Positions 48,191-60,500 of a stretch of 64,000 bases of DNA are shown in pieces. The stretch is from an uncultured Planctomycetota bacterium (GTDB lineage: Bacteria; Planctomycetota; Planctomycetia; Isosphaerales; Isosphaeraceae): the NCBI GenBank assembly GCA_963823665.1, contig CAWGMQ010000003.1, forward strand, positions 576,001 through 640,000, read 5' to 3'. The position numbers and the translations under genes are program-made. The number at the start of each line of letters is the position of its first letter. The first letter of the stretch is position 1. The notes under the pieces were generated by a model. It made no database searches. It was not told where the DNA came from and saw nothing but the letters and a program-made list of their open reading frames with translations.

Positions 48191-48434
48191 ACCACGTTTC
48201 CGCTCCGGTCGAGGCAAAGCTGACCCCCTCGGCGCGGCGCAATGAGAGTTGGGCGCGTAGAGTACGGTTGCCGGCGCCAAATGGCAATAAAGCAATTCTC
48301 GCGCCGCAGTCAGAGTTGTTTTGCCTGCCGCGTCGATCAAGGTCGAACCGGTTAAGTCGAAGCGAAAGACGGGCTTGTGCTGACTGGCCGACTCCAGACT
48401 CCACGATCGCCCCGCTCGCGCCGTGCGGGCCACA

Positions 48435-50040
48435 TCACAGATAACCAGAACCGGGTGGCGCCCGTAACCCCCGGGCCGCATGGGCCAGCGAGACCGCGAC
48501 CAACAGGCCGATGGCGAGCATCATCAGGCTCAGGAACCGCAGGCCGCTACGGAACCCATGGGCAACACCCTCGAGCGTCGCGAAACTGCCGAGGACTCTG
48601 CTGGTCTCGTGCTGGAGCCCTGCGCCGGAGAGGCCCCGCTGGTGGAAATAGTCGGCAACTCGGGCAGAAGCCTGCTCGACCGCGGGCCGGTTCTCACGGA
48701 GGTTCAGGCGATACACGTCCACGGCCCTGTCGGACCAGGCCTTGACAATCGTCGCTGTGGCGTTCGGGACCGTTTCGATCGGCACCAGCAGTCCGACCAG
48801 GCCCAACGCGAAACCGTAAAGCATATACTTCGGTTCCAATCCTTCGACCTCGTCCATGAGGAACACAGGGGGAATCAAGCCGAGAAATGCTCCCCAGCAG
48901 GCGAGCATGACCGCCAGATGCTCCTTGGCCGTGTAATTATCGATCGAAGACAACCACCAGACAGTTGCCGAACATCCGATCATCCCCACGATCAGCCAGA
49001 GATGACGCAGCGACCGTGAGTGAAACCAAGTTGTCAGGAACGTCGTCGTCGCCATGGCGAGGGAGGTCGGCACCATGAGCCAGCCCGCCACGACTCGGGG
49101 ATAGCCCCGTAACTCAGTGCAATACATGCCGACGATTGTCAGCACTGCCGCCATGTATAAAAGCAACAGGCCGCGGGTCATTAAGCTCAGAACGTACACA
49201 CGAGAGCCGAGGACGTGCTTCAGATGCTCGTCGCGACTCAGACCCGACCCCAACCAGGCTGCCAGAGCCAGCGGTAAGGCCACGCAAAGGGCAACGCACC
49301 CGAGGAAGGCGTTTGAAGACCACCCGCCCCATCGGCGGTACCACGAGAAAGCGAAGTCGATCGCGATGAGCCAGGCCACGAAGGTGGTGATGGCGAGCCA
49401 GTCGAGTCTCAGCCGCATTGGTTTTGGCGGCCGGTCGGGTCGGAAGAAGAACCAGACGAGTACCATCGCGATCAACGAAACCGGGACGTAAGCCCAGTAT
49501 GTCCACCGCCATGAAAGGTATACATCAATATAGGCATTAATAAGAGGAGTGCAGTGACGCGTCGAGTACGCGAATACGCCATAGAAGCCGATTGCCACCA
49601 TCAGCGCGGTCGAACTGTTTGTAAAGCGTGGCGCGGCCTACGGCCATTAACATCAGCTTGCCAAACCCCTCGACCAATCGGCCAAAGGCGAGGCTCGAAA
49701 GCCCTGTCGCAGCGCCACAAAGCACATTCCCGACGCAAAATACGAACAAACCAATGAGGAGTGTATCGCGCTTGCCGAACCGAACTGACAACACCGTGCC
49801 CGTGAAGAGACCGTAGATGCATCCGACCAGGTACGCGACGTTGACCCAGATCATGTCGTAACTATCCACCTCGACGCCCAGGCGGATTTCGTCGTCGATG
49901 ATGACCGTCTGGACCAGCGTCTGGTAGGGCGCGAAGAGAACAAAGAGCATGGCCAGGGCGGCCAGCCAGTGGCGGGGCTCGAGCATGTAGGGCGCCGGGG
50001 CGTCGATCGGGTTTGGGGCAGAAACGGCAAGCGTTGTCAT
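48435..50040 (-). CDS. MFS transporter, DHA2/EmrB-like; frameshift near 49600
   Basis: Many TM segments. WVNVAY, RFGKR, GRLVEGFG, SWRWTYW, DWLAI motifs. Overlaps the stop codon of the HlyD gene. Confidence 0.85.
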
Positions 50041-51495
50041 GGCCGCTCCCCAGCGGTCGATACGTTTCCGTCGACGGCCGTTTCCCCAAAGTTCTCCCTG
50101 GCGTTGTAGCGCATCTCGAGTTGCTTCATTGCCCGGGACGCATCCGCCGCCCAGGCGGCGTCGCCAGGACCATGAGCGATTCCCACGGTCCCGGATAGCC
50201 CGGCGCGGAGTTGCTGCCAGCGGTCGTCTCGTTCGATCTGGATGCGGACGGGCACGCGCTGAACGACGTGCGTGAACTCTCCGGAGACCACATTCCTCGG
50301 CATGAGCGCGAACTGTGCGCCGGTCGATTTGTTGACCCAGACCACCCTCCCTCGGAATGGCGCCGAGAAGGCGTCGAGCTTGATGTGAACCGGATTACCA
50401 GGTTCGACGCCAGGCAAGCGATCCTCTTCCAGGTTGGCCTCCATGTACAGGAGATCCGGATTGTACATGCTGAGCAGAGGCGAGCCCGCCGGCGAGTAAT
50501 CGCCCAGGTGCCGGTAACGTTTCACCACGATTCCGGGAAACGGCGCTCGGATTTTCGTGTATTCGAGGTCATTCTCGGCGGCTTCCAGCGCACGTCGCGC
50601 TTGTTCGACTCCTGCGCTCCTTGACCTTGACCAGCAGGTCCAGCTCGCGGATCTGGTCGTAGCCGACCTCGGCGAGGTTGATACCTGTTGAGGCTTTCAG
50701 CGCCGACTTCTGGGCTGACTCCAATGTGCGACGTGCGACGTCGACCTGGGTCAAAGAGGCGACCGCCTTCGCCAGTCGGGCCTGGTTCAGGTCGACCTGG
50801 GCGAGGGCCGAGTCACGGGACTGCGTCATCTGCTGCTGGCGCTGGAGCGTGCTGGCCCCCTGCTGTTCGAGTCGGGTAAAGCGTGAGTATTCAATTTCTG
50901 CGAGTTTCAGGGACGCCTGCGCCGCCTTCAGCGCGGCCCGGGCCTCGTCGATGCCTTTCTCCACGTCATCGCGGGTTAGCTTGAGCACTTCCTCTGCCTT
51001 GGCCTGGTCGGCTCCTGCGGCGGCGAACGTGCGTCGGGCGATCTCGATCTGAATCGGCACTTCTTTACGGACCCGGTCCACGTCAGCTCGCTGGCGGGCC
51101 AGTTCCGCCTCCGCCGACTCGAGTTGAGCCCGGCCGATGTTGACCTTATCCTGGTAGGGTATGGGATCGATCTCCGCCAGGACCTGCCCCTGGACCACCT
51201 GGTCGTTCTCATCGACGTGGTAGCGCATCAGTCGTCCGGAGACCAACTGCGGTGCGACGTTGACAATGTGGGCCTCAACGAAGACGTCGTCGGTTATGGA
51301 GTGGGTTCGCCGGAATTCGATCCAGCTTAGCGCAGCCGGAAGTCCAATCGCGATGAAGGCAACGACCAGCGCGAGCGCAATGAGCCGTCCGGGACGGAGC
51401 CATGCGCGACGACCAGGGGCATGGCTTGGCGCGCTTGGCTGCTGGGTTGCCGATTCGTGGTCCGGAGGAGCCGGGGGAGCCTGCATTGTACTCAT
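50037..51495 (-). CDS. HlyD/EmrA-family membrane fusion protein; frameshift near 50600
   Basis: TDDVFVEAHIVNVAPQLVSG, coiled coil, YTKIRAPFPG, STGAQFALMP..SGEFTHVVQRVPVRI. Confidence 0.9.
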
Positions 51496-51549
51496 TGGTG
51501 GTGGTCCTGACGCGCAATTACGCTCTCTAGTGATGAGCGGAGGCCATGG

Positions 51550-51636
51550 TCATCGCTTGTTGCCGACTCCCATGGCGTAATGCAGGCGTTCCATTGCGAT
51601 CAGATAATTGTACCGCGCGTTGAGTTCATTAACCTG
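51550..51636 (-). pseudogene. C-terminal stub of a TolC-family outer-membrane channel
   Basis: Minus frame reads QVNELNARYNYLIAMERLHYAMGVGNKR*, the typical last helix of OEP/TolC proteins, directly upstream of hlyD. Confidence 0.6.
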
Positions 51637-52162
51637 GAATGCGATCGAGCGACTGACCATCGGACGCGGCCAGGGTGGACTGAATGAGCTTTGCCCGATC
51701 TACGTCCACGTTCGTCTTTAGCACCGTTCCTCCCATTCCTCGTATCCCGTGCAGGATCGCATCCATCTCTGCTGCCTCATCGAGGACGAAGAGGACGGAA
51801 GTCCCGGGCTTGATTCGATCTGCAACTTCACGGACGAACTTGTCGCTGATTCCGACCACGCCTGAGTCGACGCCGACCACGCCCAGCAAGGCACTGACAC
51901 CAGCACTGCAGAGTGGTGGCGCGCCCAGCGCCAGGCCTGCAAGAAGGTGCGCGAGCGTGCGGGGTGGCATGTGTTTCACGAGCGGGAAGGACTCACCGTT
52001 CAGAGTAAAGGAGCCGTCCTCATAACGTATGGCTAGCGCCACGTCCAACAGGATCAGGCCTCGCTTCTCTCTGCCGAGACTGGTGATCTTTTCGCGGAAC
52101 TGTTCCGCTCGACTCGTGCCGTCGAATGCGATCGCCCAAAGGTGACCGGGTTTAACATTCAT
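51629..52162 (-). CDS. DUF1269-family membrane protein
   Basis: LWAIAFDG..A, LILLDVALAIR..DGS, GISDKFVREVADRIKPGTSVLFVL, GGTVLKTN. GGAGGGAG RBS upstream. Confidence 0.8.
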   Translation of the reverse strand: MNVKPGHLWAIAFDGTSRAEQFREKITSLGREKRGLILLDVALAIRYEDGSFTLNGESFPLVKHMPPRTLAHLLAGLALGAPPLCSAGVSALLGVVGVDSGVVGISDKFVREVADRIKPGTSVLFVLDEAAEMDAILHGIRGMGGTVLKTNVDVDRAKLIQSTLAASDGQSLDRIPG

Positions 52163-52380
52163 GGCGAGCTCCCTCCCCGGGGGATTCGCCGCACCTCGCC
52201 GAAGACTTCTGGACGGTCCAGGCACAAGTGGCCGGCGGCGACCTCCCAAACCGGGCCAAGCCCAAGGATCGTAACTTGGTACGGGTATGTTGTGCTACTT
52301 GTGGACGAAAGTTTCAGTTCTGTTTTGAAAACGCCCGACCCAGCCGTCGACGGTTTTCGCACTCTTCGTCTCGGAGCAAC

Positions 52381-53619
52381 CTATCCGACGGCCGCTGCCT
52401 CCCGTTCTTTTGTGTTCGGGACGGTGCCACTCGCGTGCAACCCGTCGATTTCGGTCGCGCTGAAGCCGAGTTGCTCGAGAACCTGTTCGTTGTGTTCTCC
52501 CAGTGCCGGGGCGCGCCTCGCAGGCACTTTGGTGACGCCGTGCACCTTGATTGGACTGCTGATCGTCGAGGTCAGCTTGCCGCCTGCCCCTTCGAGCGGA
52601 ACGATGATGTCGTTTGCCCGCAGTTGCAGATCGTCGATGACTTCTTGCGGCCCCCGCACGGCGCCAATCGTGACGTGGACGCCCGCGAAGACCTCGTACC
52701 ATTTTGTCATCGGCTGCGAGCCGAAGGCGTCGTCCAGAATGGCGGTCAACTGCGGCATGTTCTGAATCAGCTTGGCCGGATCGGAGAATCGCGGATCCGT
52801 CAGGAGATCCGCGCGGCCAATGGCTTTCCCGACCGCGGCCAGCTTGTCGGGCGTGACGATGAGCACGAACCAGGTGCCATCCGAGGCGCGATACACATTG
52901 AGCGCGGCATTGGCGGGGTTCTTTCGGTCGTGCGGCTCGAAGAATGTGGCCTCGCACAGCGCGGCCTGGATCGAAACGCTGGCCGACCAGACGCCTTCCG
53001 CCAGTAGCGACGTCGTGACGTAGGATCCCTGGCCGGTGCGCTCGCGACGATACAGTGCCGTCACTATCGCGGCGTACAAACCGACGGCGGTGGCGTTGTC
53101 GCCGCTGCCGGCCACCGGCCAGGTCGGCGGCTCGCCGGCGTCGCGTGTCATCGACAGCAGTCCGCTTCGCGCCCAGTACGACGTGATGTCGAATCCCGGC
53201 AGATCGGCGTCGGGCCCTTTTTCGCCGAAGCCCGTGACGTCCGCATAAATCAGGCGCGGGTTCCATAGCGCCACATCGTCGTATTCCAGCTTCAGTCGCT
53301 TGCGTGCGGGATGCGGTGTGTTGACGATGAGCACGTCGGCCCACTTGACCAGCCGCTCGAGAACCTGCGGAGCGCTCGGAGACTTCAGATCAAGCGTGAT
53401 GCCGCGCTTGTTGCGGTTGGCCAGGTGCCAGGGATAGGCGTCATTCGCTTGCGGCTGCGGCGGGATCTTGTGCCCCTTTCTCCAGCCGTCCCCGGTGGGC
53501 GGCTCAACCTTGATCACGTCCGCTCCGAAGTCGGATAGGATCACCCCGGCGCTCGGGCCGGCGATGAAGCTTGCCAGGTCCACGACCTTCAGGCCGGCAA
53601 AGATATTGTCACTGCTCAT
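52381..53619 (-). CDS. CoA-transferase family III (CaiB/BaiF)
   Basis: GLKVVDLASFIAGP, GADVIKVEPP, NRNKRGITLDLK, NPRLIY, GFGEKGP, APALGEHN. Confidence 0.95.
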   Translation of the reverse strand: MSSDNIFAGLKVVDLASFIAGPSAGVILSDFGADVIKVEPPTGDGWRKGHKIPPQPQANDAYPWHLANRNKRGITLDLKSPSAPQVLERLVKWADVLIVNTPHPARKRLKLEYDDVALWNPRLIYADVTGFGEKGPDADLPGFDITSYWARSGLLSMTRDAGEPPTWPVAGSGDNATAVGLYAAIVTALYRRERTGQGSYVTTSLLAEGVWSASVSIQAALCEATFFEPHDRKNPANAALNVYRASDGTWFVLIVTPDKLAAVGKAIGRADLLTDPRFSDPAKLIQNMPQLTAILDDAFGSQPMTKWYEVFAGVHVTIGAVRGPQEVIDDLQLRANDIIVPLEGAGGKLTSTISSPIKVHGVTKVPARRAPALGEHNEQVLEQLGFSATEIDGLHASGTVPNTKEREAAAVG

Positions 53620-53744
53620 GCGTCACCTCTTGGATCTCCTCATCCTTGATGAAAGCTGCGTTTACCTCGAATTTCGACTCTCCCTCCGCTTATCTACTGA
53701 GCGGGGAGCCTGGTCAAAGGGTCGCTCTCCGGAGCGCCCGCAAG

Positions 53745-56700
53745 TCACTCGATGGTTTGTGCGCCGGATCAGGGCGTCAATCTCACCCCACAGCGCGCGG
53801 TCTTGCTGGCGTTCGGCCAGGGGCAGCTCATCCAACGATTCCTGGTCCAGCAGCCCGGCCAGGTCAGGGTCGGTCCACAGATGCGTCAACCGGTCCCAAA
53901 CCACGATGCGATCAGGAGCCGGACCGTGGTCCAGCACACTGGTCCAGAGGGTGACCTCGGCGCGAAGCAAATCGCGGGCCTGCTCGCGCCAGCGCGCCCG
54001 CTCCGCTGGGCTGAGATTGGCCGCGTCGCCGCGGCCACATCCGGCCAGCGCGGTGGCGCAGGCGGTCCGGTAGCGGAGGTCGCCACGGATGTCCCCGGCC
54101 GCTTGCGGCGACGCGGTCAGTGCCTCGACGAACAGGCATGCGACGGAGACCGTGCGCCCAGGATGCCGCAGAGCTCCGCGAACTCGAGGGTCTCGGACGC
54201 GTCGGCGGGCTTGTCGTTGCCCTGGAGGACCGCGGGAAGACGGTCCTGCAGCGCGATCAGGCGCTCGCAGCGCCGGAGCTGGGCGAGGACGTTGGCGTGC
54301 AGCTCGTGGCCTTGGGGAAGCTGGTCGAGGCAGCGGTGGGTCGCGGCCAGGGCGTCGCGAAATCGCCCCAGGGCCAGGAGCGCCTGGCCCAGCGCCGCGT
54401 CCGCCCCGAGGAGCCCCGGTTTGATCCGGAGGGCGGTCTCATAATGGCCGATCGCCGCGTTCAGCCGGTCCACGCGGCGCGGCGTGAGGCCGAGGTTGTT
54501 GTGGGAGGGCGTGAACTTCGGATCGATGGATAAGGCCAATTTATAGAGAATTATTCCCCAAGCCTGCGCGCGACCGAAAGTCTTTTCGTGGGCCTTGGCA
54601 TCCGCGGCGTCGATCAACAGGGCGTGCTGATAGCGGCCAATGGCCGCGTCCATCCGGCCGCTGCCCGCCAAAGCGACGCCGAGCATGTATTCGGCCCGGG
54701 CGAACTCGGGGTCGATCCGCAGCGCCTGCCGGTAGTGGTCGATCGCCTCGTCCAACCCGCCCTGATAGGCCCGGATCTCGGCGAGGTTGTAGTGAGCCGG
54801 GGCCAGCTCGGGGTCGAGCCGGACGGCCTCCCGGAAGTGCTGAACCGCTTCGGGCCACTTGCCCTCGCCTTTCAGGGCCAGGCCGAGGTTATTGTGGGCC
54901 GGGGCGAAGTGGCGATCGATTTGGAGGGCCTTTTCGTAGTCGTCGTAGGCCGCGGGCCAGTCCTTTTTGGCGAACGCGATGAGGCCGCGGTCGTTGTAGA
55001 CGGCGGCCAGTCCCCGCCGGAGCTCGACGCCCGCTGGTACGCGGCGTCCGCGCCCTTATGGTCGCCGCCTTCCTGCAACGCCCGGGCCAGGGTCAAGGCG
55101 GCCCAGAAATCATCCGGATGCGCCTGGTGCACCCGGGCGAGGAATGTGGTCCCGTCGCCGCCGAGGTCGTGTAACCGCTCGCCAATCGCGACTAGAAACG
55201 GCGCGGGCTGGTTTGCCACCGGCGCGGTCCCGGCCAATTGGGCCAGGGCGGTGCGGTCGGCCCACGCCGCGGGAGAGCGGGCGCGGTCGCGCCAGGCGTC
55301 CGGGTCCGCTTTCTGCGCGACGCCCAGGACCCACGCCCGGCGGCGCTCGTCGGCGGCACAAATCGCCCAGTCGGCCAGAGCGGCCAGCAACGGCGGGCGC
55401 GAGGCCGAAGCCGCGATCCGCGCCGCCACATGTGCCCGGTTATCGCCGATCGCCCCGAACCGCGCTTCGCGGAACGCCGACTCGTAGTTTCGGTCCGCCC
55501 GTGAGTTGTTGAAGCGCCGCTCTGCCACGGCGTTGAACCGTCCTTCGACAAGAGTGGCGCGATTCAGATGGATGGCGTCCAACCGGGCCACCAGGGCTTG
55601 CTCACGGCGGGCCCGGTCCCGTTCGCGTCGGATGCTCGCGTCGTGTTCCGACCTCAGCCACAGACCGCCGCCGACCAGCGCGACCCCCAGCAGCGTGCCG
55701 AGCGCGAGGGCCGCCGCCTGGACCCGCCGGCGACCTAACCACCGGACTGACCGTTCCAGAGGTCCGCTCGGGCGGGCGGTGATCGGCTCTGCCCGCTCGA
55801 AGCGGCGAAGGTCCGCCGCCAGCGCGGCGGCGCTCGAGTAGCGGCGGTGCGGTTCCTTGCGCAGGCACTTCAGGCAGATGACCTCCAGGTCGCGAGGGAC
55901 CTTCGCGTTCCAGCGTGAGGGGGGTGTGGGCTCCTGTTCGACGACTTGCCGCAGCGTCTCCGCCGTTGTTTCCGCCCGGAATGGAGGTCGTCCCGTCAGC
56001 GCCTCATACAGAATGGCCCCCAGCGCATAGACGTCCGCAACCGGTCCGATCGAGTGCGTCAGGCCCAGCGCCTGCTCCGGGGCCATGTAGTTCGGCGTGC
56101 CCAACGGAATTCCGCTGCGGGACAGCCCCGCCCCATCATCCAGCCGCCGGGCCAGCCCGAAGTCGGCGATCTTGGGGGTGCCATCTTCTGTCAAGAGAAC
56201 GTTGCCCGGCTTCAAGTCGCGGTGGACGATACCGCGGTCGTGGGCCGCCTGGACGGCCTCAGCCACTGTGGCGAGGAGCATGGCGGCCGGGCCGCCGGCG
56301 AGTGGGGTGCCGGCGAGCTTCTCGGCGAGGCTGCCCCCTTCGACAAATTCCATGGTGAAGTACGGCCGGCCCTCGAAGTCGCCGACCTGGTACACCTGCA
56401 CGATGTTGGCGTGTCGCAGGCCCGCGGCCGCCTCTGCCTCGCGTTCGAAGCGCTCCCGTTCGTCTGGTCGGGCAAAGTCGCCGGCCAGCAGCATCTTGAT
56501 GGCGACCGGGCGGTGGAGGCGCTGATCCCACGCCCGGTACACAACACCCATGCCGCCCCGGCCCAGCTCGTCCTGCACTTCGTAGCCGCTGAGATGAGGC
56601 GGTTGGGCGGTCCACGGCCTGGCCGCCGCCGTGCCGGCCTCGGAGCCGGCGGACGAGGGAAGCAGGACGTCGAGCTTGGCCTCGAGCCGGCGCACGTATT

Positions 56701-56818
56701 GCAGGCGCGCCTTGACCTCGGCCAGCAACTCGGCGTCGCCCGGGCACACCTCCTCAGGGCTCTTACCCGTATCGAGGATTACCTCGAGCAGGTCTCGCAG
56801 GTCTCGCTCGCCTGCCAT
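53745..56818 (-). CDS. Ser/Thr kinase-TM-TPR protein, copy 1 (several frameshifts in the TPR half)
   Basis: LGRGGMGVVY, HRDLKPGNVLL, DFGLAR, GTPNYMAPE, TM, HPDDFW, TPRs. Collinear with intact copy 2. Confidence 0.88.
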
Positions 56819-56825
56819 CGTTGGG
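55676..56825. repeat. 1,150-bp direct repeat, copy A (kinase domain)
   Basis: Matches 59597-60746 at a constant offset of 3,921. The only difference seen is T56303 versus G60224. Confidence 0.95.
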
Positions 56826-56947
56826 ATCTCCACACGGGTGTGGCCGGTGGATGCTGGAGGCGGTATACTGAGCACGCGCACCACTACCACCAGACAAAAG
56901 CGTGGTGGGTGGACATTCACCCCGGTCGAAGCGACGAGTCGCGTTTC

Positions 56948-57574
56948 ATGAGTCCCGAACCGACCACCGCCGTCCTCCAGCGCTATCTCGACGTGTTGGC
57001 GGGGGATGCGCCCGCCGAGCCCATCATCCGGGCGCTCGTGGACCAATCGGTGCGTCGATTGCGACTGGTCTGTGCCAACCTTCTGTACCGGGGCTACCCA
57101 CGTCTGATGCAGCCCCCACTCAACCTGGAGCCTGACGATCTGCTCAGCGCCGTGGTGGAGCGGTTACTCAAAGCCATGCGTGAGGCCCGTCCACGGAGCG
57201 TGCGCGAATTCTTCGCGCTGGCCAACCAGCACATGCGCTGGGAGCTCAATGACCTGGCCCGCCGCCTCGACGATCAGCCTTCCGTGGTCGAACTGCACGA
57301 GAGCGTGGTGCCGGCGCCAGAGAGCAGCGTCTCCGAGCTGAGCTCGGACGGCCGCCGCATCATGCAGGCCATTGAAAACCTACCGGAAGAGGAGCGGGAA
57401 GTCTTCAGCCTGGTCCGAATCCAAGGATTGACCCATAACGAAGTCGCCGGCGTTCTGGGCGTCGCGAGCAAGACGGTGCAAAGGCGGTTGAATCGGGCTG
57501 TGTTGCTCTTGGCGGAGCAACTCGACGATCTGCGCCCGACGCAAGGACGGACCGACCGAAGTGGGCCGACGTGA
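56948..57574 (+). CDS. ECF sigma-70 factor
   Basis: MSPEPTTAVLQRYL..ANQHMRWELNDLARR..LPEEEREVFSLVRIQGLTHNEVAGVLGVASKTVQRRLNRA. 208 aa. Confidence 0.9.
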   Translation: MSPEPTTAVLQRYLDVLAGDAPAEPIIRALVDQSVRRLRLVCANLLYRGYPRLMQPPLNLEPDDLLSAVVERLLKAMREARPRSVREFFALANQHMRWELNDLARRLDDQPSVVELHESVVPAPESSVSELSSDGRRIMQAIENLPEEEREVFSLVRIQGLTHNEVAGVLGVASKTVQRRLNRAVLLLAEQLDDLRPTQGRTDRSGPT

Positions 57575-60500
57575 CGACGTGGGGACGCGAGTGCGATGGC
57601 CGCTGATCCACGCGTGCGGTAACTTCCTGAGGAGGTCCTCGAATCGGACGCCCGACGATCGATTAATGGTTTCAGCGCGCCGGATCTGGACATCGATCGC
57701 GTCCCGCAGTGCGCGGCATTCCTGGCGCTCGGCCGGCGGCAACCGGTCCAGCGCTTCGCGGTTCAGAAGACCATCCAGTTGGGGATCGGCCCAGAGATGC
57801 GCCACTTTCTGGGCAACCAGCAAGCGATCTGCTTGCGGACCGCGGTCCAGCACGCTGCTCCAGAGGGTGACCTCGGCTCGAAGCCACTCGCGGGCCTGCT
57901 GGCGCCACCGGGCCCGCTCTGCTTCGCTGAGCCCGGCGGCGCTCGCGCCGAGACCACAGCCAACCAGCGTTGCGGCGCAAGCTGCCCGATAGCGGTGCTC
58001 GGTGTGGAGGTCGTCGGCCATTCGCGGTAACGCGTCGAGACCCTCGGCGTACAGGCGTGCCGCGGCGGCCGGTTGCCCCAGGATGCCGCAGAGCTCGGCG
58101 AGCTCGAAGGCTTCGGACGCGTCGGCGGCCTTCTCGTTCCCCTGGAGTACCGCGGAAAGACGATCCTGCAAGGCGATCAGTCGCTCGCAGCGCCGTAGCT
58201 GGGCCAGGACGTTGGATCGCAGCTCATGACCCTGAGGGAGCCGGTCAAGGCAGCGGCGGGTCGCGGTCAAGGCCTCGCGGAACCGCCCCAGGGCCACGAG
58301 CGCCTGGCCCCGTGCCGCGTGCGCCAACCAGAGCCACGGTTCGATCCGGACGGCCGTCTCGTAGTGGCCGATCGCCTCGTTCAGCCGGTCCGCGTCGCCC
58401 GGGGCGAGGCCAAGGCTGGCGCGGGAGAGCGTGGCGTTGGGGTCGATCCCGAGGGCGCGCTGGTAATTGATGATCCCCTGGTCCACCGCGATAAGGCGGG
58501 TCTTCTTTTGAGCCTCGGCTCGCACGGGGTCGTCGCGGACAGCCCGCTGATCGCGGTCGTTTGCTTCGTCCAGCCGGCCCTGGGCGGCTAGCGCGACGCC
58601 GAGCATGTACTCGGCCCGGCCGAACTCGGGGTCGAGCCGTAGCGCCTGCCGGTACTCGGCGATCGCCTCGTCCAGCCAACCCTTGTAGGCACGGAGCTCG
58701 CCCAGGTTGTTGTGAGGAGGAGCTAGCTCGGGGCCAAACCGGATGGCCACCTGGAACTGATGAAACGCTTCGGACCACTTGCCTTGGCCTTTCAAGGCCA
58801 GGCCGAGGTTATTGTGGGCCGGGGCGAAGTTGGGGTCGATCTCCAGGGACTTCCGGAAGTAGTCGGCGGCCTCGTCCCAGCGGCCCTTTGAGGTTGACAT
58901 GTTGCCGAGGTTGTTGTAGACGGCGGCAGAATCGCCCCGGAGCTCGAGCGCCCGCTGGTACGCGGCGTCCGCGCCCTTATGGTCGCCGCCTTCCTGCAAC
59001 GCCCGGGCCAGGGTCAAGGCGGCCCAGAAATCATCCGGATGCGCCTGGTGCACCCGCGCCAGGAACGCGGCCCCGTCACCGCCCAGAGCCCACAATCGCT
59101 CGCCCAATGCGACCAGGAAGGGCACTGGCTGCGCTGACAACGACGCCGTCCGGGCCGTCGTGGCGAGCGCGGTGCGGTCGGCCCACACCGCGGGATCACG
59201 GGCGCGGTCGCGCCAGGGCTCCGGGTCGACTCTCCGTGCCACCTCGAGGACCCACGCCCGGCGACTCTCGAAGGTGGCGCAGGCCGACCAGTCAGCGAGC
59301 GCGGCCAGGAGCTGCTCGCGCACGGTCGAGGCCGCGATCCGTCGCGCCACACTCGCTGTGTCGTCCCCGATCGTCCCGACGCCTGCTTCCCGTAACGCAG
59401 ACTCGTAGTCTCGATCCGCCCGCGCGTAATTGAAGCGCCGATCGGCCGCCGGATTCAATCGCCCCCCGACCAGAGCGGCGCGAGCCAGGTGGATGGCGTC
59501 CATGCGGGATACCAGGGATTGATCAAGGCGGGCCGTGTCCCGTTCGCGGCGCATTCCGGCCTCGCGTACCGACTTGAGCCAGAGGCCGGCGCCCAACAGC
59601 GCGACCCCCAGCAGCGTGCCGAGCGCGAGGGCCGCCGCCTGGACCCGCCGGCGACCTAACCACCGGACTGACCGTTCCAGAGGTCCGCTCGGGCGGGCGG
59701 TGATCGGCTCTGCCCGCTCGAAGCGGCGAAGGTCCGCCGCCAGCGCGGCGGCGCTCGAGTAGCGGCGGTGCGGTTCCTTGCGCAGGCACTTCAGGCAGAT
59801 GACCTCCAGGTCGCGAGGGACCTTCGCGTTCCAGCGTGAGGGGGGTGTGGGCTCCTGTTCGACGACTTGCCGCAGCGTCTCCGCCGTTGTTTCCGCCCGG
59901 AATGGAGGTCGTCCCGTCAGCGCCTCATACAGAATGGCCCCCAGCGCATAGACGTCCGCAACCGGTCCGATCGAGTGCGTCAGGCCCAGCGCCTGCTCCG
60001 GGGCCATGTAGTTCGGCGTGCCCAACGGAATTCCGCTGCGGGACAGCCCCGCCCCATCATCCAGCCGCCGGGCCAGCCCGAAGTCGGCGATCTTGGGGGT
60101 GCCATCTTCTGTCAAGAGAACGTTGCCCGGCTTCAAGTCGCGGTGGACGATACCGCGGTCGTGGGCCGCCTGGACGGCCTCAGCCACTGTGGCGAGGAGC
60201 ATGGCGGCCGGGCCGCCGGCGAGGGGGGTGCCGGCGAGCTTCTCGGCGAGGCTGCCCCCTTCGACAAATTCCATGGTGAAGTACGGCCGGCCCTCGAAGT
60301 CGCCGACCTGGTACACCTGCACGATGTTGGCGTGTCGCAGGCCCGCGGCCGCCTCTGCCTCGCGTTCGAAGCGCTCCCGTTCGTCTGGTCGGGCAAAGTC
60401 GCCGGCCAGCAGCATCTTGATGGCGACCGGGCGGTGGAGGCGCTGATCCCACGCCCGGTACACAACACCCATGCCGCCCCGGCCCAGCTCGTCCTGCACT

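Noticed and set aside
48340..48375. Additional REP copy (TCGAAGCGAAAGACG)
   Set aside because: Too degenerate and lacks an inverted partner.
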